From an uncultured bacterium (GTDB taxonomy: Bacteria > Patescibacteriota > Minisyncoccia > Phycocordibacterales > PALSA-1337), in the NCBI GenBank assembly GCA_903839725.1, contig CAIMDG010000002.1, positions 241,117-305,116 of the forward strand: a stretch of 64,000 nucleotides of DNA, given 5' to 3'. The notes under the pieces are model-generated. The model saw nothing but the letters and a program-made list of their open reading frames with translations. It had not been told where the DNA came from and made no database searches. Below, in pieces: positions 50,498-59,256 of the stretch (its first letter is position 1; each line of letters begins with the position of its first letter). A program made the position numbers and the translations under genes.

Positions 50498-50989
50498 ATG
50501 ATAAAAGGGAAATCAATGCCAAGAGATATTCGACTAATTTTGGACAATATCCGTAGTGTTCATAATGTAGGCTCTATTTTCCGTACAGCTGACACCCTCG
50601 GTATTTCAAAGATATATTGTCTTGATACGACACCTACTCCTGTAGATCGATTCAAAAATAAGAGGAAGGACTTTGCGAAAGTTTCATTGGGTGCTGAGGA
50701 TACTGTGTTATGGGAACACGTGAGTAATTTCAAATCTATAATCTCAAATCTAAAAAAAGAAGGTTTTACCATTATTGCTCTTGAACAGGCGAATAATTCT
50801 GTTGACTATAAGCTGGTTGAATCGACCAATAAGACTGTAGTCATTCTCGGCAATGAAGTAGACGGTGTCTCAAAAGAATTATTACAGGAATGTGACATTG
50901 TTGCTGAAATACCTTTGATAGGGAAGAAAGAGTCCTTGAATGTATCGGTATCAGCGGGAATATTTTTGTATAGGTTGTTGGATAATTGA
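50498..50989 (+). CDS. SpoU/TrmH-family RNA methyltransferase
   Basis: LDNIRSVHNVGSIFRTAD, GNEVDG, ESLNVS. Confidence 0.92.
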   Translation: MIKGKSMPRDIRLILDNIRSVHNVGSIFRTADTLGISKIYCLDTTPTPVDRFKNKRKDFAKVSLGAEDTVLWEHVSNFKSIISNLKKEGFTIIALEQANNSVDYKLVESTNKTVVILGNEVDGVSKELLQECDIVAEIPLIGKKESLNVSVSAGIFLYRLLDN

Positions 50990-50996
50990 TTATTTC

Positions 50997-51131
50997 GAGC
51001 CGGACGCGGTGACATGTGCACCTGCGAACAACTCCGTGACGATAGTGAATAAGTGCCTGAAGAATTACATAATGAGACGATATCCCGCTGGGAATGTTGT
51101 TCGCGGGTGCACATGTCACCGTGTCCGGCTC
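50997..51131 (-). repeat. Hairpin element family A, copy A4
   Basis: 36-bp arms (34/36) at 50997-51032 / 51096-51131; 63-nt core in reverse orientation. Confidence 0.92.
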
Positions 51132-51148
51132 TGAATTGTGATTCGTCC

Positions 51149-52075
51149 TTACACTTTACTCAACTTTTGATGAGTGTCACAAAAATGAGTACCGCGACCA
51201 CCAAGAACGATGCGAACAATAGTTCCATTGCACCCCTTCTTATCACAAGGCGTTCCTGTTCTTTGGTAGGCATGATGACCTTCATGAAAACTTCCTTTTT
51301 CTCCGAGCACATTGCGATAGTCGGACGTCGAATCACCACCAAAATCGATACCTTTTGCAAGCGTTTGTTTGATTGCCTTGAATAGGTCGGTGAGCTGTTT
51401 TGTTGTTACATTCTCTACAGGTTCCTGTGGGTGTATACCTGCACGCCATAAAGATTCATCAGCATAAATATTCCCGATACCCGCAATGATGGATTGATCC
51501 ATAAGTACCTGTTTTATTTTCCCGTGAGGTCTTAGCAGTATTCTTTCTTCAAAAACTTTTTGAGTAAATGTATCTTCAAGAGGTTCGGGACCGATTCTTT
51601 CTAGATGTAGTGATGTAGTTTTTTCATGTGATGGTATCAATGTTACCTTGGCGAATTTTCGAACATCAGAAAGAGCGAGATTCTTCTTATTTGAAAAACT
51701 GAGCATGAAACGGATATACGCATTAAATGGATCTTTCAGTGCTTCTGGTTCAATAGCTTCCCACGGATCTTTTGTATTCGAGGTATTAAAACGATATGTG
51801 CCATAGAGTAAGTGGCCGGTCATTTTCATATGCACCAAGATAGTATCTCCATGTTCAAGATTGATTAGAATATTTTTTGCACGACGATGTACGGATATAA
51901 CTTTCTTTCCAAGAATAGTTTTTTTGAATTGGCTGAAATAAGCTCGATCTTTAATGGTATCTGAACCTTTGAAGTATGGACTATTATAATTTGACCATAC
52001 ATCCACTATAGTAAGCCCTACTATATGTTCTTGTAGGCCATTCACAGTGGTTTGTACTTCTGGTAGTTCGGGCAT
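51149..52075 (-). CDS. mutM: Formamidopyrimidine-DNA glycosylase
   Basis: MPELPEV, H.KMTG, AGIGNIYADE, C-terminal zinc-finger region. Confidence 0.96.
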   Translation of the reverse strand: MPELPEVQTTVNGLQEHIVGLTIVDVWSNYNSPYFKGSDTIKDRAYFSQFKKTILGKKVISVHRRAKNILINLEHGDTILVHMKMTGHLLYGTYRFNTSNTKDPWEAIEPEALKDPFNAYIRFMLSFSNKKNLALSDVRKFAKVTLIPSHEKTTSLHLERIGPEPLEDTFTQKVFEERILLRPHGKIKQVLMDQSIIAGIGNIYADESLWRAGIHPQEPVENVTTKQLTDLFKAIKQTLAKGIDFGGDSTSDYRNVLGEKGSFHEGHHAYQRTGTPCDKKGCNGTIVRIVLGGRGTHFCDTHQKLSKV

Positions 52076-52081
52076 ATATAG

Positions 52082-52229
52082 ATACTAGTCCGTAAAAGGG
52101 AATCAGTAAACTGTGAAGCCTCCCAGATGAGTACACCCTGATAAAACATCCGTTACGTACTAATATGAGTGCCTGAAGAATACGATAATGAGACGATATC
52201 CCGCTGGGAATGTTGCGCGCAACTAGTAT
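52082..52229 (-). repeat. Hairpin element family A, copy A5 (extended, short arms)
   Basis: 63-nt core 52149-52211 in reverse orientation; only 8-bp outer arms ATACTAGT/ACTAGTAT; about 55 nt of extra sequence. Confidence 0.85.
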
Positions 52230-52268
52230 GAGTGAGGTGTTCTTCAAAATTATTGATATACTATACGC

Positions 52269-53531
52269 ATGCGTTATTATCTCGCAGTACTTTTTACTCT
52301 CGTAGCATTCGGCCTCCCTTGGGTTGCTATTCAATATCCCGACGCAACATCAAGTGTAGTACGTGCCCTTGAAGACGTCGGTAGTCAGCTTGCAGCGGTG
52401 ATCCTATCTCACAATCCAAAATCTATTGTTGAAATCCAGTCAAAATATGTTGCAGTATCCACTCCAGCCGCACCAAAAGTTCGTATTCTGATTGTTCCAG
52501 GTCATGAACCTGATTTCGGGGGAGCGGAATACAGTACTCTCAAGGAAAGAGATATGACAGTAATGCTTGCTGATAATCTCGCAGCATTTCTCAATAGAAA
52601 TACTCATTATCAAGTATTCCAAACACGCTCGTATCATTCATGGAATCCTGACTTTGAAACATACTTTACTAATTCGTGGGACGACATTGTCGCGTGGTCG
52701 AAAGCTTCACACGCAGAATTTTCACAATTAGTTTCAGCAGGCACGGTCAAAAAAAGTGCACCAGTGATATATCACAATAGGGCACCTGAGAAAGTTGCCA
52801 CACATCTGTTTGGTATTACCAAATGGGCAAATGAAAATAATATCGACATTACTATTCACGTTCACTTCAACGATGTCCCTGGTCACAGCCGGAATAGTCC
52901 TGGAAAAAATACAGGATTCTCTATCTATGTCCCTCAAAAACAATATTTGAATAGCACCACCACCAAGGCTGTTGCAGAAACTGTATTCAAACGTCTCGCA
53001 AAATATAACGGAGTGAGTGATTTGGCGGGGGAGTCTGCGGGAATAGTCGAAGAACCAGATCTCATTGCTATCGGGGTTAATAATACATCTGATGCCGCAA
53101 GTTTACTTATAGAATATGGATATATATACGAACCTCAATTTACTAACCCAGACACACAGCCTCTAGCGATACAGGATCTCGCATTTCAAACATATTTAGG
53201 ACTTGAAGATTTCTTTGGTGCGCAAGCGGGAGTATCTTTTGGGTATGATACATTGATGATTCCTCACCAGTGGAATACGACAATTACAAAAAAAGAGGCA
53301 CCAACAGAAGATGTGTTCGCACTTCAGACAGCATTGTTACTTGAAGGTACATATCCGCCAAGTAATAGAAGTATGAATGATTGTCCTCGATCAGGAACAT
53401 TTGGTCCTTGTACCAAAGCAGCTCTCGATTCATTCCAAAAAAAATATAATATTACTTCAGAAAAAGAAATAGTTGGTCCACAAACACTCAATATTTTAAA
53501 TAATTTGTACTCCGTGAAGTCTATTAACTAA
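52269..53531 (+). CDS. N-acetylmuramoyl-L-alanine amidase with PG-binding domain
   Basis: ILIVPGH..GA..E, IHVHFN, LIEYGY; C-terminal FGPCTKAAL..FQ. Confidence 0.85.
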   Translation: MRYYLAVLFTLVAFGLPWVAIQYPDATSSVVRALEDVGSQLAAVILSHNPKSIVEIQSKYVAVSTPAAPKVRILIVPGHEPDFGGAEYSTLKERDMTVMLADNLAAFLNRNTHYQVFQTRSYHSWNPDFETYFTNSWDDIVAWSKASHAEFSQLVSAGTVKKSAPVIYHNRAPEKVATHLFGITKWANENNIDITIHVHFNDVPGHSRNSPGKNTGFSIYVPQKQYLNSTTTKAVAETVFKRLAKYNGVSDLAGESAGIVEEPDLIAIGVNNTSDAASLLIEYGYIYEPQFTNPDTQPLAIQDLAFQTYLGLEDFFGAQAGVSFGYDTLMIPHQWNTTITKKEAPTEDVFALQTALLLEGTYPPSNRSMNDCPRSGTFGPCTKAALDSFQKKYNITSEKEIVGPQTLNILNNLYSVKSIN

Positions 53532-54093
53532 GTACTTTGAGCGCAGCTTTGACCTTGGCACCTGTGTCAGTGATATCTTTGTGTACTTTTTTGAGTGCCT
53601 CGCGAGCCTCGTTCGCATCATATCCGAGAGCTTTGAGGGCTTCGATTGCGTCCGCATCGGCAGACATACCTGCTGACATATCTTCTCCGGAAATACCTCC
53701 GAGCTTGTCGCGTAATTCAAGGACAATCTTTTCTGCAGTTTTTCTACCAATACCTGAAACTTTGACCAAGTGAGCTGTTGAACCAGAACGGATAGCGCTT
53801 GCGAGAGTGTCACTTGATACTATTGAAAGTATATTCAATGCACTCTTCGGGCCAATACCAGAAATGGAAATAAGTAGTTCAAAAAAGTCCTTTTCTTTTC
53901 TACTAGTGAATCCGTATAAGTCGAGAGCATCTTCACGTACAACGAGATGAGTAAGAAGGGTGGCCTCGGCGCCGATTTTGAGCATATGTAATGACTCGTC
54001 AGTGACGAATACTTTATAGCCAAGTCCATTGATATCTATGGATACATAGCGATTGCCCAATTCAAGTACATTTCCTCGTATAGATGAGATCAT
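53524..54093 (-). CDS. ruvA: Holliday junction DNA-binding protein RuvA
   Basis: GLGY, VRED..LYGF, SGIGPKSA, GIGRKTAEKIVLEL, AL.ALGY. Confidence 0.97.
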   Translation of the reverse strand: MISSIRGNVLELGNRYVSIDINGLGYKVFVTDESLHMLKIGAEATLLTHLVVREDALDLYGFTSRKEKDFFELLISISGIGPKSALNILSIVSSDTLASAIRSGSTAHLVKVSGIGRKTAEKIVLELRDKLGGISGEDMSAGMSADADAIEALKALGYDANEAREALKKVHKDITDTGAKVKAALKVLS

Positions 54094-54168
54094 AGGCCTA
54101 TTATAGCAGGTTTCTTTACTTTTTCTCGATATCATGATAAGTTCTTGGTACGTAAAACATATATAACC

Positions 54169-54432
54169 ATGCCTATTACCTCATCAGCCAAGAAAGCTCT
54201 CCGCGCCTCAAAGAAGAAGCGTGTTTTTAATATTCGTCGTAGTAATGCTATCGAGAGAGAAATGAAGGATTTTCGTCGTTTGATCGCCGCAAAGAAGGTT
54301 GCTGATGCAACAAAGCTCGTTCCTGCTATTTATCAAGCTCTTGATAAGGCAGTAAAGACCAATCTCATCAAAGCCAACACTTCATCACGTACCAAATCTC
54401 GCGTGATGGCAGCACTCAAGCGTGCAGCATAA
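54169..54432 (+). CDS. rpsT: 30S ribosomal protein S20
   Basis: MPITSSAKKALR, ALDKA, IKANTSSR.KSR. Confidence 0.95.
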   Translation: MPITSSAKKALRASKKKRVFNIRRSNAIEREMKDFRRLIAAKKVADATKLVPAIYQALDKAVKTNLIKANTSSRTKSRVMAALKRAA

Positions 54433-54437
54433 GGATT

Positions 54438-54519
54438 TAGTTTACAGTTGTAAGTTTACAATGAAAAGTTGTGGCACATGTGCAACAACTTTTCATTTTG
54501 CATTTTTCACTGTAAACTA
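54438..54519. repeat. Gene-less heptamer-repeat hairpin (family E)
   Basis: TAGTTTACAGT...ACTGTAAACTA with inner AATGAAAAGTTGT/ACAACTTTTCATT. Confidence 0.85.
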
Positions 54520-54527
54520 GTTTAATT

Positions 54528-54599
54528 GCCCTCGTCGTTCAATGGATAGGACGCAAGATTGCGGATCTTGCAATGTAGGTTCGATTCCTACCGGGGGCA
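54528..54599 (+). tRNA. tRNA-Arg(GCG)
   Basis: Anticodon arm CAAGA-TTGCGGA-TCTTG. Confidence 0.92.
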
Positions 54600-54650
54600 C
54601 AACAGGGGAAAGTTAAAAGTCTAAAGAAAAAAAGGTATAATCTACATACC

Positions 54651-55460
54651 ATGTTAGAACAGGCACCACAATCATATCAAGAAATATATCGTGAACGATT
54701 TGATAATGATCACATAATAGGGAATACTTTTTCTTTTGATGATCCAGATCAAGGTAAATCAACTGTTTTAAAAATAAGTAAACTCAATAGTATTTTAGGT
54801 GAAGGTGCGTACGCATCTTGGGTTGCAGATGTTGATGTGGAGCTTGCCGGCGATTCTGGAACAGAAAAGAAGACTCATCGTATGGCCCTAAAGAAGTATC
54901 GTGAAAATGAACCGCGTGTTGATGAACATGTTCAACAGTCATATAAAAATTTTCGTTTACTTAAATCAAAGGGAATAGCGACGTGGGATACCTATCGAAT
55001 CAATCAGGAACATAAGCTCGCACTGATGACACTAGGTGCTCGCAATGAAGGTGTGCTTGTTACTGTAAATGACAAAGGAGAACATGCAAGCAAAGAAGTC
55101 TTTGAAAAGAATCCCATGGATGCAGTAGCCAATTTCGGTGAATTTATTTCTCAAACAAAATCAATCATCGCTAAGTTACGTGAGCACGTATTACGTGTGA
55201 ATACAGATGCGTGGGGCATTGAGTTTGTTCCTGTTGAGGGAAAACCAGGGGCGTATAAGCTTCGATTGCTTGTAGCCGATCTCGATGGGATTGATACCTC
55301 AGATAATCCATACAATATTGAGAATTACGGTGCGGATATACAAGACGCATGGAATAGAGAAAATTTATATTTTTTACATATTGCTCTTCGGGGAATTTTA
55401 CCAGGAGACAAAAAAGAAAAAGAAGCATTTGCTGATGTTGTTGTACACAAGAGTATGTAA
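54651..55460 (+). CDS. Hypothetical protein, possible protein-kinase-like fold
   Basis: LGEGAY, MALKKY, ADLDG. Confidence 0.6.
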   Translation: MLEQAPQSYQEIYRERFDNDHIIGNTFSFDDPDQGKSTVLKISKLNSILGEGAYASWVADVDVELAGDSGTEKKTHRMALKKYRENEPRVDEHVQQSYKNFRLLKSKGIATWDTYRINQEHKLALMTLGARNEGVLVTVNDKGEHASKEVFEKNPMDAVANFGEFISQTKSIIAKLREHVLRVNTDAWGIEFVPVEGKPGAYKLRLLVADLDGIDTSDNPYNIENYGADIQDAWNRENLYFLHIALRGILPGDKKEKEAFADVVVHKSM

Positions 55461-55486
55461 CAAAAATACCGATCTCTCGGTATTTT

Positions 55487-55954
55487 TTAGAAGCCAAATT
55501 TCTCGAGTATCTTCTTGAGTATAGGTTCGTAGTGTTCTGTTTCTGCAATATATCGAAGAAGGATTTCACGAACTTTCTCAGGGTCAATATTTTCATCGAT
55601 ATAGATCACGATAAGAGGCATGAATGTCTTACTCGACTTCAAAATAAGTTTTGCAGGAAGTTCATCGTGTGGTACCCAGAATGAATCAAGCGATAAGAAA
55701 GGGTAGAGTACTTTGTCGAGAATGATGCCGCGGTCATTGATCTCGCAGTACAGCTCATGTGGTGGGTGTGAGGCGTGAAGTACCAATGCCCCCGCTGCCA
55801 CAATCACGAGTACGCCACTGATGATGTCACCAAATATAAAAGCAACGACTGCAAGTGCAAGCGCAATAATACCAACTGACCAATACCAGTCAGAAGTTTT
55901 TTCTACGTAGAGGTGCGATGGAGCGTTCCAAGAGATGAGAGCTTCAGTTGCCAT
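55487..55954 (-). CDS. Conserved hypothetical 2-TM protein with PH-like tail
   Basis: KTSDWYW, two TMs, GI..D..YPF..L.SFW. Confidence 0.75.
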   Translation of the reverse strand: MATEALISWNAPSHLYVEKTSDWYWSVGIIALALAVVAFIFGDIISGVLVIVAAGALVLHASHPPHELYCEINDRGIILDKVLYPFLSLDSFWVPHDELPAKLILKSSKTFMPLIVIYIDENIDPEKVREILLRYIAETEHYEPILKKILEKFGF

Positions 55955-56000
55955 GAAAGAATTATAGCATTCATTTTTTATTAGTGCTGTGTATAAACAG

Positions 56001-56108
56001 AAACATACGACTGCACAATAAGGCTTTCTGTAGTGCGCCGAGGATGGGTAGCCAGCGATGAGCGCCCGCAGGCGACGGAAGAAAGCCTTATTGTGCAGTC
56101 GTATGTTT
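56001..56108 (+). repeat. Hairpin element family C, copy C2
   Basis: 29-bp perfect arms 56001-56029 / 56080-56108 around a 50-nt GC-rich core. Confidence 0.9.
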
Positions 56109-56209
56109 ATGCAAAAAACATTCTTAGCTAACTATCCCATTTGAAAATAATCCCAAACTATGTCAGTATTTCCTGACGCTCCTACGCTATAGCTTCGGAG
56201 TGGAGACCT

Positions 56210-56296
56210 GGATGGGTGGCTGAGTGGTCTAAGGCAACGGTCTTGAAAACCGTCGCCCTCGCAAGGGGGCCGTGAGTTCGAATCTCACCCCATCCG
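56210..56296 (+). tRNA. tRNA-Ser(UGA)
   Basis: ACGGT-CTTGAAA-ACCGT, long variable arm. Confidence 0.95.
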
Positions 56297-56297
56297 C

Positions 56298-56684
56298 ATG
56301 AGAATACTTGGAATCGATTATGGTTCAAAACGCATAGGTATTGCAGTGTCCGATGAAGCGGCACAATTTGCATTACCAGTGAGTGTAGTTAAAAATTCTG
56401 ACACGGCAATATCGGAGATAGTAGAAATTGCTCGCCAGCATGCAATTCAAGAAATTGTCATGGGCGAATCTCGGAACTACAAGGGTGAACCAAATACTAT
56501 TTTTCTCGACAGCCTTACATTCAAGGGACTACTCGAAAAAGAAGGGTATACAGTTCGTCTTGAACCAGAATTTATGACAAGCATGAATGCGGAACGATTC
56601 CAGGGCAAGAATGAATTGCACGATGCATCAGCTGCGGCACTTATATTACAAAGTTTTTTGGATACACGAAGAAATAGTGCATAA
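56298..56684 (+). CDS. yqgF: RuvX/YqgF pre-16S rRNA nuclease
   Basis: MRILGIDYGSKRIGIAVSD, D..AAALILQSFL. Confidence 0.93.
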   Translation: MRILGIDYGSKRIGIAVSDEAAQFALPVSVVKNSDTAISEIVEIARQHAIQEIVMGESRNYKGEPNTIFLDSLTFKGLLEKEGYTVRLEPEFMTSMNAERFQGKNELHDASAAALILQSFLDTRRNSA

Positions 56685-56693
56685 TATACACAT

Positions 56694-57095
56694 ATGATTT
56701 CATACGATGATTTTAAAAAAGTAGAAATTCGTGCAGGAAAAATACTTTCAGCGGAAAAAATTCCTGACACTGACAAGCTCTTGGAGCTATCAGTTGATTT
56801 TGGGGAGACCAAAGAAGTTGCTCCTATTGCCGTAGAAGGTGATGTAATCCCAACTGATGCCCCCGTTCCAGTAAAGGTTCCTGCTCCACGTCAGATTGTC
56901 TCTGGTATATCAATGCATTTTCCTGATCCAGCCGTGCTTGTAGGTAAGACGTGTATGTTCGTCGCTAATCTCGAACCCCGAACAATCCGTGGTTTTGAAA
57001 GTAACGGTATGATATTTGCTGTTTCAACTCCTGAAGGCGGTTTTTCATTACTTGAGCCCAATGCGTCAATTCCTCCGGGCACAAAGGCTGCATAA
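56694..57095 (+). CDS. tRNA-binding OB-fold protein (Trbp111/MetG C-terminal-like)
   Basis: YDDFKKVEIR.G, DKLL, RQIVSGI, NLEPR..G.ESNGM. Confidence 0.9.
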   Translation: MISYDDFKKVEIRAGKILSAEKIPDTDKLLELSVDFGETKEVAPIAVEGDVIPTDAPVPVKVPAPRQIVSGISMHFPDPAVLVGKTCMFVANLEPRTIRGFESNGMIFAVSTPEGGFSLLEPNASIPPGTKAA

Positions 57096-57098
57096 TAT

Positions 57099-57710
57099 AT
57101 GTCTATTTCTGCATTCATCAATCCTGAGACGATTATCTCTACGTTAGGAACGCTTGGAGTCATCACGATCATATTCCTTGAGACTGGGGTTTTCTTTGGT
57201 TTCTTTTTTCCAGGAGATACTCTGCTTTTTACTGCTGGGTATCTATCGATTCATGGCTATGTATCACTGCCCGTTCTTCTTGTTGGTGCATGTATCGCTG
57301 CGATAGTAGGGGATACCGTTGGGTATGCATTCGGAAAGAAGATTGGTCCTGCATTATTTACAAAAGAAAATTCAGTTCTTTTTGATAAGAAGCATATCCT
57401 CCGTGCGCAATCGTTTTATGAATTATATGGAAAGAAGACTATTATTTTGGCACGATTCTTGCCCATAATTAGAACATTTGCCCCTATTGTTGCCGGTGTT
57501 GGAAATATGAAATATAGAACTTTCATTACGTACAATGTTATTGGAGGTTGTTTGTGGACATGGCTCATGTTGCTATTGGGCTATGGATTTGGCTCAGTAA
57601 TTCCAAATCCTGATAGATATATCATTCCCGTCATTATCGTCATTATGCTTGTTTCAGCCGCACCAGCACTTCGTGAGATATTCAAGAAAAGAAAGGATAT
57701 ACACCGATAA
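57099..57710 (+). CDS. DedA/VTT-family membrane protein
   Basis: ETG....FPGDTLL, GD..GY, ARF.PI.RT. Confidence 0.92.
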   Translation: MSISAFINPETIISTLGTLGVITIIFLETGVFFGFFFPGDTLLFTAGYLSIHGYVSLPVLLVGACIAAIVGDTVGYAFGKKIGPALFTKENSVLFDKKHILRAQSFYELYGKKTIILARFLPIIRTFAPIVAGVGNMKYRTFITYNVIGGCLWTWLMLLLGYGFGSVIPNPDRYIIPVIIVIMLVSAAPALREIFKKRKDIHR

Positions 57711-57749
57711 CATACTTCATGTTTGTGGCTCTTGTAGTATAATTGACGC

Positions 57750-58709
57750 ATGCACATGTCTGTCTTTGATACATTATTCCCCGCACCTCGATTTCTCGTG
57801 ATGGATCACGCAGGCTTGGAGATATCAGACGACTCTATACGTTGCGTACAATTTGCTCGAACTATTCATGGAATGAGAATTAAAAAATATGCTTCGATGG
57901 ATATTCCAGCGGGTATTATTGAAGGAGGAGATATCAAGAATGAAGCGGAATTCAAGAGAATTCTTACGGAATTCGATGAAAAAAATGATTTGTCGTACGT
58001 AAAAGTTTCTATACCTGAAGAAAAGGCGTACATGTTCCAAACTGATGTACCTAGTACCGATCCTCACATCGCAACTCAGAATATTGAATTCAAGCTCGAG
58101 GAAAACGTTCCACTCTCTGCAGCGGATGCGGTATTTTATTTTGATTTGATCCCCGCAGCTCTTACGGGAGGAGCAATTCGAGCGAGTGTATCAGTTGTTC
58201 CTCGAAGTTACATTGAACGATACATACACATACTTCGAGAATGTGATATTTTTCCAATTGCATTTGAAGTTATCCCGACAGCAGTGGCTCGCTCAGTCGC
58301 TTCTCCTGATATGTCCACGACGGAGCTCATAGTTCATGGCATGAAGAATAAGACGGGCATATATATCATTTCTGGAGGCGTGGTGACATTCACCTCAACT
58401 GTTGACTACGGTAGTAGTACAGCACCTGAAGCGTATAGTGACTTGCTTGCCAAAGAAATAACACGAGTCAATTCGTATTGGTTGTCTCGAACAGGTATTC
58501 ATCCCAATATACAAAGAGTAGTTTTGACAGGAAGTGGCGTATCGGGATATCGAGCGACTTTGACCACTGCAATTACGGGAATCATTCCACATATCGAAGT
58601 TGCACAGGTATGGTCGCATGTATTGGATCTTGCTACATACACCCCACCTATAGTTCAGGAAGAATCTTTGAATTACGCTGTCGCGGCAGGACTTGGTTTA
58701 GATTCATAA
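57750..58709 (+). CDS. PilM-like type IV pilus assembly protein
   Basis: GLEISDDSIR, VVLTG.G, AVAAGL; heads a PilMNO-like operon. Confidence 0.8.
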   Translation: MHMSVFDTLFPAPRFLVMDHAGLEISDDSIRCVQFARTIHGMRIKKYASMDIPAGIIEGGDIKNEAEFKRILTEFDEKNDLSYVKVSIPEEKAYMFQTDVPSTDPHIATQNIEFKLEENVPLSAADAVFYFDLIPAALTGGAIRASVSVVPRSYIERYIHILRECDIFPIAFEVIPTAVARSVASPDMSTTELIVHGMKNKTGIYIISGGVVTFTSTVDYGSSTAPEAYSDLLAKEITRVNSYWLSRTGIHPNIQRVVLTGSGVSGYRATLTTAITGIIPHIEVAQVWSHVLDLATYTPPIVQEESLNYAVAAGLGLDS

Positions 58710-58713
58710 TTAT

Positions 58714-59256
58714 ATGAGACACACACTTATACCAACTGAAGAGAAAAAGGCATTACATCGAGAATATCATATACGATTGTTTGTAGTGGCTTTGTTCGCA
58801 CTTTCAGCGGTTAGTATTATTGGCATGGTCGGTCTTTTCCCAGCATTCATGGAAGCTTCAGTCGAAGAAGTCTCCCAAATTCACGTAGTTGGTTCACTCG
58901 CTGAACAACAAAAGAATGATCAAACTAGCCAATTTAAAGATGAATTAATAGCGGCAAAAAATATTAGTCTCGGACTTTCTTCACAGATCAAGACGTCACT
59001 CCTGTCTGATGCTGTTATCGCAGTAGTTGCGGCTCGTGGAGATGCAATCATATCTTCGATTTCAGCAATGCGTAATGCAAGTTCAACCGTGATCGTCTCA
59101 GTGCAGGGTAGTGCATCCACACGTAAGGTATTGTTGGCCTTTGAAGATAAAATAAAATCAACAATTTCAGGTGTGACGGTTGTCGTTCCTCCAGAAGAAT
59201 TGGTACAGGCCAAGAATGTGAAGTTTTCGTTTAAAGTATATTTTGACACACCATGA
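58714..59256 (+). CDS. PilN-like protein
   Basis: TLIP..K, TM, V.G.A; operon position. Confidence 0.65.
   Translation: MRHTLIPTEEKKALHREYHIRLFVVALFALSAVSIIGMVGLFPAFMEASVEEVSQIHVVGSLAEQQKNDQTSQFKDELIAAKNISLGLSSQIKTSLLSDAVIAVVAARGDAIISSISAMRNASSTVIVSVQGSASTRKVLLAFEDKIKSTISGVTVVVPPEELVQAKNVKFSFKVYFDTP

Noticed and set aside
51033-51095. CTGAAGA in the family A core as a hammerhead
   Set aside because: No GAAA or stem II, and copies A2 and A3 read CTAAAG at that position.
50806-51385. Short ORFs across A4 (and 51984-52334 across A5)
   Set aside because: Every frame has a stop in at least one copy; these are shadows of the repeat and neighbouring genes.
5955-52229. Family A as a CRISPR array
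   Set aside because: Copies are dispersed in both orientations, not tandem; the unique segments are inverted pairs; no cas genes in the window.
56810-56890. Pro-rich insert in the tRNA-binding protein as a palindromic insertion
   Set aside because: No convincing DNA symmetry seen.
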